Shown piece by piece: positions 25,744 through 39,400 of a stretch of 64,000 bases of DNA (position 1 is the stretch's first letter; the number at the start of each line of letters is the position of its first letter). The DNA is from Leucoraja erinacea (Eukaryota), in assembly GCF_028641065.1 (NCBI RefSeq), contig NC_073400.1:29636001-29700000 (forward strand), given 5' to 3'. The notes below the pieces were generated by a model that was given only the letters and a program-made list of their open reading frames with translations, was not told the DNA's origin and ran no database searches. The position numbers and the translations under genes were made by a program.

Positions 25744-27439
25744 AATTCTTCCCCTGATGTTCCAGCCATTCTTTGCAGAACAACATCCCTCCAAGTCACA
25801 ACTTATTCCATTTGGATACACGTGTCATTTTGCACCTTGTGTTCATCCACGGGTCATAATCCCACGTTAAAAACTGCTGGAAGAACTCAGCAAGCCAGCA
25901 ACATCTGTGAACGCAAAGAGATGGCCGATGTCTCTGAGCCAAAACATCGACCATGACTTTGTTTCTGCATATGTTGCTTGGCTCATTTATTTCTTCCAGG
26001 GGTTTTTTTTTTTTGCTAAGGGGAAGTCAAATAGATCTCAGTTCTTTTCTTCACACAAAATGAAATGGAAATATGGGATTTCCTCTCTCAAATATTTGCT
26101 GAGGTGCGCATGGTGGTAGGGGAGGGAGGACAATTGAAAAGTTTGCTAGGCTGGGGAATCTGATCTTCACCACCCAAGATACTTCTAGATACAAATCAGC
26201 CACGATCCAATTGAACTGTAGAAGAGGCTCAAGGGGCCGAATAGCTGTCTCTTCTAACCTAACCTGCCCATTTAACCTAAGATGTGACATTTTAGTCAAC
26301 TTCACTAATATCCTACTCAACTACACAGTCATTCCCCAGCAAAAGAAAAAGCTTTAGACTTTAGAAATACAGCGCGGAAACTGGCCCTTCGGCCCACCGA
26401 GTCCGTGCCGACCCGTACAAAAAACACTATCTCAGAAGCCGATTAACCTACAAACCTGTGCGTCTTTGGAGTGTGGGAAGAAACCGGAGCACCAGGAGGA
26501 AACCCACATGGTCACAGGGAGAACGTACAGACTCCGTACAGACAGCACCTTTAGTCAGGATTGAACCCGGGTCTCTGGCGCTGCGAGGCAGCAACCCGAA
26601 CACTGCGCCACTGTGCCACATCCCTTTTCTCAGATTCAGGGATAAACAGAAAGGTGGAAGGTGCTGCTTCAGATATAACGGGGAGCAACAGGAAGTTGAA
26701 ACACAATGTTATTTGATGGATCCTTGCATTTCTGGGTTGTCTGCTGTAAGATGGCTGTGCCATTCTGCTACATACTGCACCAGAACAACATGAGGGAACA
26801 TGTACAACTAGCATTTCTTCCTGATTATTCACTATTTAATCATTTGTTTATTTTGCATACAGTTGATGTAGGCTTTAGTTATTCATAATGCATGGACTGC
26901 CTATTTGCACTTAACTTGACTGATGTGCTATGGCTTTAGTTTAGTTTAGTTTAGATATACAGCGTAGCTACAGGCCATTCAGCCCACTAAGTCCACGCCG
27001 ACCATCGATCACCCGCTTCCACTAGTTTCATGCTATCCCCACATCCTACACACTAGGGACAATTTGCAGAAGCCAGTTAACCTATAAACCCGCACATCTT
27101 TGGAATGTGAGAGGAACCGGAGGACCTGGAGGAAACTCATGTGGTCACAGGAGAAATGTACAAACTCCATATGGACATCACCCGTGGTGAGGATCGAACC
27201 CGGGTCTCTGGTGCTGTGAGGCAGCAGCTCTACCACTGCGTCACCGTGCTATCCTTGTGGTCTGGTGTTCTGCTCTCCAGGTTTAGTTCTGCATTAAAGG
27301 TATGGATGCAGCTGCACATGATTCATTGTGATGGAACAATGATAGACTCTGTTGACCAACTAAAGGGAAATGATCTTAGCTTCATTTCCAACCACAGACC
27401 ACAACTGTGGGCTGAGCCGCTGGGAGACACAGAATTAAC

Positions 27440-27752
27440 AGCACTGTGGCGTAGAGGTTGAGTTGCTGCCATACAGCGCCAGAGACACGGGTTCGATCCC
27501 GATTATGGGTGCTGTCTGTACGGACTTTGTACGTTCTCTCCGTGACCCACTTGGGTTTTCCCCAAGAGCACTGGTTTCCTCCCTCACTCCAATTATGCAC
27601 AGGTTTGTAGGTTAATTGGCTTTGGTAAAAATTGTAAATTGTCTCTTGTGTGTGTAGAATAGTGTTAATGTGCGGGGATCTATGGTTGGCGCAGACTCAT
27701 TGCGCCGAAGGTCGTGGTTCTGCACTGTATCTCTAAACTACATTAAACTAAA
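27440..27752 (+). mobile_element. tRNA-derived SINE (HE1/V-SINE-like); opposite-strand copies at about 26352..26620 and 26936..27250
   Basis: Same head, core and tail. Confidence 0.8.
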
Positions 27753-30409
27753 CAAGAAGAGAGCTGAAATTAAGATGGATAATAGGTGCCGTTAAGGAGC
27801 AGAGAGATAGGGCATAGGACTTTTTCTTCTTCTTCTTGCGTATGGCGTGCACAGCCTAAAGTTGTAGGACAACTTTTTCTATTTGATCTTATTTGACTGT
27901 GCACACCAGGTTGATTGCATTTGTCGAAACAGGGTGGACCACATGAAGGTTGCAATCTCCCACCCCGGACATAGTACTAAGGGACTAGGAACTGGATATG
28001 TAGAAAAGATGGGAACCAGTACATGGAGGACAGGAGACAGGTGCACGAGATTCAAATGAATCATAAACACTTGGGCTGAAAGGCTAGGTACTCTTTTATC
28101 AATTCCATATCAAGTGGCATTGTCAGAAATTACATTTTTCCATCCTTGTTATATTGGATCCAATCCAATCATTATCACTTTGAGATATAAGCTCCAACTA
28201 ATTTCACCAAAAATCCAACTTGAGGTATTAACCCGTCCACAGTTCCACATTGTCCACACACATCTGTGGAGATTTAAGTCTGCAATGTGCGAGGTGAATC
28301 ATTTAAGAATTAACGTTTACTAACATCAATATTAAATTCATATTGCAATGTGATGCTACATGATCACAACTTGGAACCTTGGAGATGTGCCCTGAGTTGC
28401 AGAACCATTTGGGTACTTTATAGTCACTGTTGAGTCAAGTAGAATGGTCCTTCTCCCAATTAATGCTTTAATTTTGGTCAAGGTGATCAAAGAACCTTTG
28501 CACAGCTGATCAATGATTGCTGAGCGACTTTGTTGACCTGTACGATATTGAGTCTTACCACTGGAGTATGGTTTTGTAAAGAAACATATGTAGTGTCAAA
28601 CACACAATCAACTTGAGGTTGAGAATGAACTGAATCTTCTTAATTTATTGCAAAGGGAATAAAAGGCTTCACTGAGTCCGTTTGCAGTGATGCAATGGAT
28701 AACCAGGAAGACAATAGTAGCATTTTATGTTAAGGTTGATAATGAATTATGTTCTAATATCTTTTTGAGCAATGAATTCTTGTTCCCTGATACAAGCGCA
28801 ACATTAAACTTTGTATTTGTGCAAATGATACTGAAATCTTGTTTGTTATGTCAAATTTGAACTACAACTTGACAGTAACTCAAAAAATTATGTTTTAAAA
28901 TGTCTTTTGTAACAGTTACTGACTTTTAAATAATGATTTCTACATTCCACGTGTTAAGAAATTGAAATACAATATACTTAATGTATTTTCTGTAGTATTA
29001 TTGCCTGAATAGCTCACATTTCTTTTCAGTCTAACTTTGCATTCGAACGATTACTAGCTTCCAAGAAACTTTTTTTTTATCAATACGTGACCACTTTTCA
29101 TGTTTAAATGATTGTGCTCCTCTTTACGTCCATGTTGGTATTAAAATTTTACAAACGCTTGCTTGGATTACGAAGCTTTTCTTTCCACCTCTCATCTCTC
29201 TGATTGCAAAGTCTGTATATGTAAATCAAAGGTAGAATCTTTGTCCTGTGGTGAAAATGCTGAAGTCTAAAGGGCACAGCTTTAAGGTGAGAGTGGCTAC
29301 GTTTAAAGGAGATTATCTTTTACACAGAGATTGAATGTGGCCAGTTCCTGTGCTGTACGGTTCTATGTTCTATTAAATACACAGTGGATAGTGTCATAGA
29401 GTCATAGGTTCATACATCATGGAAACAGCCCTTCAGCCCAACTTGCCCACACCAACCATCCTGCAGGCATGAACATTGAATTCTCCCAATTTTGTTAGCC
29501 CTTGCTGCCTCCTCCCCTTCCTCAGCCCTCGGACTGTCTCCTCCCATCCCTCAGCCCCCGGGGTCCTCCTCCTCCTCCTTTTTCCTATCTTCTCCCCGCC
29601 CCTCAGTCTGAAGAAGGGTTTCGGCCCAAAACTTTGCCTATTTCCTTCGCTCCATAGATGCACCCGCTGAGTTTCTCCAGCATTTTTGTGTCCCTTCTAC
29701 ACTAGCCTTACTGCCCGCACATGACCTATGTGCTTCTAAACCTGTCCTATCAAATGTACCTGTCCATATGCTTCTTAAATGTTGCAATAGTCCCTGCCTC
29801 AACTATGTCCTCTGGCAGCTCGTTCCATACACCCACCACCATTTGTGTGAAAAAGTAACCCCTGAGGTTGATATTAATTTTTTTTCCCATCACCTTAAAC
29901 GTATGTCCTCTGGTACTTGATTCTCCTACTCCAGGCAAGAGACTCTGTGTGTCTACCAGATCTATCGCTCCCATATCTGGAACTGGAAAGAAAATTGTAG
30001 ACTTTGCAATCCAAGCACCGAATTTCAATATTCTGTAATTCTGTGTAAAAAAAAAAGACCATATTTTGCACAAGATGTGTCCGTACAACTTATAGACACA
30101 GCCACTTCTTTCATAGGTCCTGGTTCCTGTGACCCAGCAGTTGTGACATGGTCTATGCGATCCATGCCAGAAAAACAAATAAGCACACACTGAATATCAC
30201 CTGATGAAGTAGGCTCGAAACAGGGAAAACACATCTTTGACATATGCAACATTATCTTGGCCATCAGATAACCTTGTGGGAGGTTACACAATCTATTGCA
30301 AACATTTTATTCTTGCTAAGTCCAGATAGGCAGCAAATGACAGGATCCGGACAAACGTACACAGCGCAAAGTGGCGTTCATATGAAGGATTGACAAATTA
30401 TTATTAATC

Positions 30410-30458
30410 ATGAAATATATTCATTTTACTCTGTTCCTGACCACCTTTTCATTGGCAG
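30410..30458 (+). CDS. Gene 2 exon 1, signal peptide MKYIHFTLFLTTFSLA
   Basis: atcATG, basic N-terminus plus hydrophobic core, CAG|GTAAG phase-1 donor. Confidence 0.8.
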
Positions 30459-33400
30459 GTAAGCAAAACTATTTGATTATGTTTTATGTAGGAAGGAACT
30501 GCAGATGCTGGTTTAAACCGAAGATACACACAAAATGCGAGAGTAACTCAGCGGGACAGGCAGTATCTCGGGAGAGAAGGAATGGGTGACTTTTCCGGTC
30601 GAGACCCTTCTTCATAACAAATTATGTTTTATTTCAACTATCATTCACTCCAGTTTAGTTTAATTTAGTTTAGTTTGCAGATAGAGCCCTTCGGGAAACA
30701 AGCCCTTTGGCCCACGGAGAGGAATGTTAAGGAAAATTTGATTTTATATTGTAACTTTAATAAACTTCAATTTCTTGAGACTTATTAAATTATTTTAAAA
30801 ATAAAGCCATTGATGTCAAGGAACATTGCCACAACATTCAAAGCTTCCACAAGCAACAACATAATCATCATTATTCAGTGATTAAGGCTGAGAAATAAAT
30901 ATTGTCCTTCTCTAGAAAGAGTACGTGCTGCAGCAGGTACGTGGCAGAAGAAATAGGTATTAGGAGGAGCTCTAATTAAACAGAGAACTTTGCCTTTAAG
31001 GGCACTACACCCTAAAAAATATACTTGTAGTTGTACTCTTTCAGGCATATAATGTTTAGTTTAGTTGAACTAAACACTACATGCCTGAAAGAGTACAAGC
31101 GTGGAAACAGGCCCTTCTGCCCACCGAGTCCACGGCAACCAGTGATCATCCGCACACTAGTTCTATCCTACAAGCTGGGGACAATTTGCACAAGCCAATT
31201 AAACCTACAAACCTGCATCTCTTTAGAAAGTGGTAGGAAACCGGAGTACCCAGAGAAAACCCACACGGCCACAGTGAGAGTGTACAAACTCCGCACAGAC
31301 AGCACCCGCAGTCAGGATCGGACCCGGAACTCTGGCGCTGTAAGGCAGCAACACTCTCATTGCAATGTTCATGTATTTTGTGTTTTATGACCGTTTCCTT
31401 GGTGTATCCCTTAATTGGTATATGTGACAATAAACTGACCTTGAAACCTTGAACTAAACTAAACCAAGCCCTCTTTTAGAAATTAGTTGAGTCTTGATCC
31501 TGGTGCGAATCATTGGGTTGTGAATACAGAAGAAGCAGAACGCATTTAAACCTCAGTGCATTGGCATAAGCTTGTGGGATAGGTATTATCTACAGAACAT
31601 GACCCTGTCTCTAAATATTTAACCATAGTGCCCTTGGTTAGGAAACAAACAACTCCCTCGATAGACTTTAAACGGCATTTTTGGGAAGTTTACCAGCAAC
31701 TGGTTTCACAATCATTGCTGGTGTTTCTATTATCTTTAAGCTGCTGGGACCCGACACATTTAATGACCCCCCCCACCCGCCCACCCCCACCCACAACCTT
31801 CCACTTCTCTTCCTCTGAGATACTTAGTATGTTCACTATGATAGCACAAGATGGCGGACTGCAGGGGTGATGCGCCGTTGTGTATGGCTGCTCCGCCTGC
31901 AGTCCGTCCTTTCACCCTTTTTTATTTTTATTTTTAGTCCTGTCACTACAAAATGTTTGTTGGAGGTCTTCTTTTATGTGGTGGGTGGGGGGAGGGGAAG
32001 GGGGAAACTATTTTAATCCCAGTCCTACCTGGTCGGAGATGCGGTTTTCCTCCGAACCGCATCTTCGTCCTCTCTGTGCGGCCTACCATCGAGCTGGAGC
32101 AGCGCTGGAGCGGCGTTTCCTGCCGGGACTACAGCTTCGCCGGTGGTGCAAATGCTGGGACACCAACACGGAGCGGGCGATGCCTTACCGGGTCGCCTTG
32201 CGGTAAGCTCCGGGGCACTGTGAACGCCGACTGCAACATCGTTGAGCTGCGGCTGCAGAGCGTCCAGCCGCGGGCGGGCGGCACTGGATTTAAAACACCG
32301 CGGAGCCTGGGATCCGGGATCGCCAGAGTCGGAGGTCCAGCCGGCGCGGCCTGAGAACTTTGGACAATGCAGTCTTCGGGGAGGAAGCGGCCGCTTCAGT
32401 CCAAGCCGCTGAAGGATGTTCACCCGACGCCGATGATCCAGCTTTGCGGCAGGAGGGCCTGAAAACACCGGGTTGGCTGAGGAGGCCACATATAGACCCC
32501 GACCTCGGGTGGACTATGAGGAGGAGAACTGGATATTTTTAGTGCCTTCCCTCACAGTGAATTCTGCTGTGAGGGGACGTTTCTTGTTGATTTCTGTAGT
32601 GTACTGTTCTTTTTTCTTTTTTCTTTTTCTTTTTTATTTTATATGGATTTATTGACATTTAATCTATTCAATTAGTTTAATCAATCTCTGTAAAGCACTT
32701 TGGTTCAAAGTGATTTTGTTTAAAAGTGCTATATAAATAAATATTATTATTATTATTATTATTACTATGACAAAGCCTTATAGTACAGCCCCTTACAACA
32801 GTGTTTACATTTATACGATACAATAGGAACTTTATTTTTCACAGGAGGGAAATAGATCTGCCAACGGTCATAAAACTCCGACCATCGATTACCCATACAC
32901 TAGAAATAGAATCAGAAATACACCATGGAAACAGGTCCTTCGGCTCAAGTTGCCCACCCCGACCAACATGTCCCATCTACACTCCTCCCACCTTCCTCCA
33001 TTTGGCCCATATCTCTCGAAACGTGTACTATCCATGTACATGTCTAAATGTTTCTTAAACATTGCGATTGTTTCTGCACAGACAGTACCCGTAGTCAGGA
33101 TCGAACCTGGGAAGCGGGGACCAGTCCCTTCATAGCTGGTGGAGAGTATCTGCTGGAATCGGATAGAAATTGATGACATGTCGATGCCAAGACAAACTGT
33201 GAAGTCCCGATTCAGCTAACATGCCTAAAGTCAATCCTCCAGGTCATCTGTACAAACGCTGGCCTCATGTACGATTATTATTACCAACTTTGGGTTGTCA
33301 GGAATGGCTCAGTGCAGGAAGCCACCATTAAGTTGGGGGAGTCCAGAACCAGAAGTCACAGTTTAAGAATAAGGGGTAGGCTATTTAGGACTGAGATGAG

Positions 33401-36400
33401 GAAAAACCTATTCACCCAGCGAGTTGTGAATCTATGGAATTCTCTGCCACAGAAGGCAGTGGAGGCCAATTCACTGGGTGTTTTCAAGAGAGAATTAGAT
33501 TTAGCTCTTAACAGAATCAAGTGATAAGGGGGAAAATCAAGAATATAGTACTGATTCTGGATGATCAGCCATGATCATATATTGAATGGCGGTGCTGGCT
33601 CGAAGGGCATGTGTATGTGCATGCATATGTGCGTGTTTGTGTCCATGCATGTGATGTGCATGTTTTTGTATCGTACGTGTATTTGTGTATGTGTGCATGT
33701 CCGTGTCCATTTGTGTATGCCTGGATGTCACTTTTAATGGGATAGGTTGGGCTGAAGGGCCGCTTTCAGCGCTGCATGACTCTATGGACTCCAAGACCAT
33801 AAAAAGAAGGAAGACAGTGCAAAGAAAAAACCAAGACAACAAAATAAGACATTAGTGCTCGTCCTCTGATGACCTCCAAGCGTTTTGCTGGACAGAGTAA
33901 TTGCCAACTGTGCTTTGTACTTACAGCTGCATTAACTGGGCCGAAGCTAGTGTCCGGGACCTTGGGAGGAGCCGTTACCATAAGATGCCAGTATCATGCA
34001 TATTACAAGTATCATGAAAAGTACTGGTGCAAGGGTTCTGATTGGAAATCCTGCAGTGTTCTGGCCAATTCTGCAAGCCAACATAAAAACATTGATGATA
34101 GAATAAGAATGGTGGACAACCAAACTGCTGGAGAATTTATCACTAAAGTGACCCAACTCTCTGCCAACGACACTGGGCTTTACTGGTGCGGCATTGTGCA
34201 ACTCGGCTATGACAGAATGGTTCCAGTGCGACTGAACGTTACAGAAGGTAAGATCAATCTTAATTTCTTCCTGATGAGATGTTCCCATATACTCAGACCA
34301 AATGGGGTGTAGACACAAGGAACTGCAGATGCTGGTTTACTAAGGAAAGACACAAAATGCTGAAGTAGCTCAGCAGGTCAGGCAGCATCTCTGGAGAAGG
34401 GTCTCGATCCGAAACTTCACCTATTCCTTTTCTCCAGAGATGCTGCTGAGTTACTCCAGCTGTTTGAGCCTATCGGTGGAGAACGTGAAGAGGTGATGTT
34501 TCGGGTCGGGAAGAAGTCATTTTAGACGGTTTGCATGATGCGTGCATTAATGTGTTTGGTGAAGTGCATAGTTAACAGTCGGAATTATGCTCAATGAAGC
34601 ATTCACATATTATTTATGCTTCAAATAGTCACAAACTAAACATAGAAAATAGGTGCAGGAGTAGGCCATTCGGCCCTTCGAGCATGCACTGCCATTCAAT
34701 ATGATCATGGCTGATCATCCAAATCAATATCCTGTACCTGCCTTCTCTCCATACCCCCTGATCCCTTTAGCCACAAGGGCCACATCTAACTCCCTCTTAA
34801 ATATAGCCAATGAACTGGCCTCAACTACCTTCTGTGGCAGAGAATTCCAGAGATTTACCACTCTCTGTGTTAAAAATGTTTTTCTCATCTCGGTCCTAAA
34901 GGATTTCCCCCTTATCCTTAAACTGTGACCCCTTGTTCTGGACTTCCCCGACATCGGGAACAATCTTCCTGCATCTAGCCTGCCCGACCCCTTAAGAATT
35001 TTGTACGTTTCTATAAGATCCCCCCTTAATCTTCTAAATTCTAGCGAGTACAAGCCGAGTCTATCCAGTCTTTCTTCATATGAAAGTCCTGACATCCCAG
35101 GAATCAGTCTGGTGAATCTTCTCTGTACTCCCTCTATGGCAAAAATGCCTTTCCTCTGGTCTGTAATTCCCCGTTTTTTCTCTCCCTCCCTTTTTAAAAA
35201 GTGGGGTTACATTAGCTACCCTCCAATCCTCAGGAACTACTCCAGAATCTAAAGAGTTTTGAAAAATTATCACTAATGCATCCACTATTTCTGGGGTTAC
35301 TTCCTTAAGTACTCTGGGATGCAGCCTATCTGGCCCTGGGGATTTATCGGCCTTTAATCTGCCACCTAACACCACTTCCTGGCTAACTTGGATTTCACTC
35401 AGTTCCTCCATCTCATTTGAGTCCCGGTCCCCTGCTATTTTCAGCAGATTATTTATGCCTTCCTTAGTGAAGACAGAACCAAAGTAGTTATTCAATTGGT
35501 CTGCCATGTCCTTGTTCCCCATGATCAATTCACCTGTCAATTCAACATATTCAGCAATCAAGACATGATATATACCACAATGACATACAGCAAAATTATA
35601 ACACAGTGTCTCAACTCTTTTTACACGTTGCAATGAATGCAATTTCTATTATTTATTTCCACTTCCAAACAAATATGTGGTTGGATTATTCAGCGTATGA
35701 TCAACGTGTGTCAATAAATCCTGGACCATGGTAACATATATGCTTAACCATGCACACTACAGATTGATGCAAGCATGGTTTCTGTGAAGGACCAAAAATT
35801 ATCATGACATGGCCATTGCATGGGTCGTTATTGCTATTGGTACAGAAATACTCTCGCTTCCCACATAATTTATCCACAACAAAATATACAGGTTGCAAGG
35901 ACATTTTTATGATAACAGCTGTTAAAACCGACTATACCCATCTGACAGGTTAAACATTACACTAACTGACAAGAGATGGCCAAAGGACTTCAAATGCAGC
36001 AAATGTTCTTTTGACAACATGTTTAAAGTTGTCAAAATGCCACGGTAGCAGTGACAATTGAACACTGCAGTTTTAATGTTTCACTGGTTCACAATTTAAT
36101 TAATCCATCATTATAGATTAAAACAAATAATAACATTAAAAATTAAAACACATTTGACTGCATTCCATTATCAAACATTGTCATTGTCGGTGCGGGATGG
36201 ATAGATGGGGTCTTTGAGAAGGCAATCAGTGCAGAATGGATGGAGTGAGGCAGGGGGATTAGTGCGTATTGGTTGAGTAGATAAAATTGTGAGGGGAGAG
36301 TGCAGGAGATGTCAGTGGGGGAGTACGGGATAGATGGGGTAATCAGTACCTGATGGATGGGGGGGGGGGGATCAGGGGGCAGTGCAGGATGAATGTGTGG

Positions 36401-39400
36401 ATCAGTACAGGATGATGATGGGGGGTGGGTCAGCATAGTGTGGATCGGGGGGTCTGTGCGGGATGAATGGGGAAATACAGTGCAGGATGGAGGGGAAGGG
36501 GGTCAGTACAGGATGAATTGGGGGACCAGTGTAGGATGGGGGGGGGGGGGGCAGGATAATCAATGCGAGGTGGATAGGAAGACCGGTGCAGGATAAATAG
36601 ATGGGGGGGGGGGGGGGTAGATGGGGAGGGGAGCACAGGGGGTAGATGGGGAGGGGAACACAGGGGGTGGCAGTGAGGACTGAATATATGGGGAATTTGA
36701 ATCAGTGTGGGGTGGAGAGGGTTGGTCCCAGGATAAGGGGGGGGGGGCGTACGAGAGAGAGAGGGGGGAAGGGGCAGAGGAGGAAGGTCAGCGCTCCTCG
36801 GACAACACCGGCATCATCGCCCCGCAGCCCGTCCCTGCCCACCGCCAAAGGGGGAGGTAGTTGGTCCGCTTCCACTCCTCCGCCAGCTAACAGGAAGGTG
36901 CGGGGCCGAGCGGTGCAGGTGCTTCAGAGCAAAGATACTAAAGGAGGCTCCTCTAGTATCATTGCTTCAGACAGCGGAAGGAGGCCTCCCCCTTCTTTCC
37001 TCCTTCCCTCCCTCCTCGGCATGGAGGGTTTGTTTTGAAAGCGGTTATCGCCGTTGGCGTAGTGGCACTCAGCAGGCAGGGTGCAGAACGAAGTGCGGGG
37101 CCCGTCATTCACTCCGATAAACTAAGGCGATGGTGAGGTGCGAGGGCCCGGCGGGGGGGAGCGCGGGCACGCGACGAGGGATCTCCCTTTTCCCCCCCAA
37201 ATCATCCCGCGGGTCGGATTGGACCCTTCGAGGGTAGTTTAAAACCCCGATATAAAACAAACAGACCCCCCCTCCCCGCAACGTAAAGCAACGCAATATT
37301 CCACGGTTCTACTCACACAGACTAGGCCCGGAGCATCGAGGCGTTGCATTTAAAATGGCGGCGATCTGATCCCGCCCACTGCGCACGCGCGGAGAGCCGG
37401 CGTCATTGTGCGTCGTATGTCACTAGCTACTGCGTCTTTGTCACCCACTTCTGCGTCGCTTTTTGTCACCAGCTTCCCCCACCACTCCCGCCCCCCCCCC
37501 CCACTGCGAAGGCGCGGATGGTCGCAAATCTACTTTTCAAATCATCCCGCGGGCCGGAACCAGAATTTCGTGTAATTTTTTTTTTCCCGCTGAATTTTTT
37601 TTACTCTGGAAAAAATGGGGATGCGGTCGCACCCAAAGCACCCCCCCCCCGCCCCCCTTATAGCGGAGCTATAAGATCTTTGCTTCGGTCGGCCATGAGG
37701 GTGGGCCGAAGGGCCGGTTTCAGCGCTGCACTGAACTCCACGACCGTAACTGAACTCCACGACAGTGACTGTGACTCCACGACCGTAAAACGAAGGAAGA
37801 CAGTACAAAGAAAAAAACAAAATAAGACATTAGTGCTCATCCTCTGATGACCTCCAAGCGTTTTGCTGGAATCTGAGTAATTGCCAACTGTGCTTTGTAC
37901 TTACAGCTGCATTAACTGGGCCGAAGCTAGTGTCCGGGACCTTGGGAGGAGCCGTTACCATAAGATGCCAGTATCATGCATATTACAAGTATCATGAAAA
38001 GTACTTGTGCAAGGGTTCTGATTGGAAATCCTGCAGTGTTCTGGCCAATTCTACAAACCAACATAAAAACATTGACGATAGAATAAGAATGGTGGACAAC
38101 CAAACTGCTGGAGAATTTATCACTAAAGTGACCCAACTCTCTGCCAATGATACTGGGCTTTACTGGTGCGGCATTGTGCAATTCGGCTATGACAGAATGG
38201 TTCCAGTGCGACTGAACGTTACAGAAGGTAAGATCAATCTTAATTTCTTCCTGATGAGATGTTCCCATATACCCAGACCAAATGGGGTGTAGAAACAAGG
38301 AACAAGGAAATGCAGATGCTGGTTTACTAAGGAAAGACACAAAATGCTGAAGTAGCTCAGCAGGTCAGGCAGCATCTCTGGAGAAGGGTCTCGATCCGAA
38401 ACTTCACCTATTCCTTTTCTCCAGAGATGCTGCTGAGTTACTCCAGCTGTTTGAGCCTATCGGTGGAGAACGTGAAGAGGTGATGTTTCGGGTCGGGAAG
38501 AAGTCATTTTAGACGGCTTGCATGATGCGTGCATTAATGTGTTTGGATGAAGTGCATAGTTAACAGTCGGAATTATGCTCAATGAAGCATTCACATATTA
38601 TTTATGCTTCAAATAGTCACAAACTAAACATAGAAAATAGGTGCAGGAGTAGGCCATTCGGCCCTTCGAGCATGCACTGCCATTCAATATGATCATGGCT
38701 GATCATCCAAATCAATATCCTGTACCTGCCTTCTCTCCATACCCCCTGATCCCTTTAGCCACAAGGGCCACATCTAACTCCCTCTTAAATATAGCCAATG
38801 AACTGGCCTCAACTACCTTCTGTGGCAGAGAATTCCAGAGATTTACCACTCTCTGTGTTAAAAATGTTTTTCTCATCTCGGTCCTAAAGGATTTCCCCCT
38901 TATCCTTAAACTGTGACCCCTTGTTCTGGACTTCCCCGACATCGGGAACAATCTTCCTGCATCTAGCCTGTCCGACCCCTTAAGAATTTTGTAAGTTTCT
39001 ATAAGATCCCCCCTTAATCTTCTAAATTCTAGCGAGTACAAGCCGAGTCTATCCAGTCTTTCTTCATATGAAAGTCCTGACATCCCAGGAATCAGTCTGG
39101 TGAATCTTCTCTGTACTCCCTCTATGGCAAAAATGCCTTTCCTCTGGTCTGTAATTCCCAGTTTTTTCTCTCCCGCCCTTTTTAAAAAGTGGGGTTACAT
39201 TAGCTACCCTCCAATCCTCAGGAACTACTCCAGAATCTAAAGAGTTTTGAAAAATTATCACTAATGCATCCACTATTTCTGGGGTTACTTCCTTAAGTAC
39301 TCTGGGATGCAGCCTATCTGGCCCTGGGGATTTATCGGCCTTTAATCTGCCACCTAACACCACTTCCTGGCTAACTTGGATTTCACTCAGTTCCTCCATC

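Noticed and set aside
28100-29220. AT-rich repeat-poor stretch as a hidden exon or ncRNA
   Set aside because: No credible ORF or splice pair; it could be 3'UTR or regulatory sequence but nothing here supports a call.
35076-35642. 188-aa ORF (and its copies) as a host gene
   Set aside because: Internally deleted CR1 ORF2 fused to unrelated sequence.
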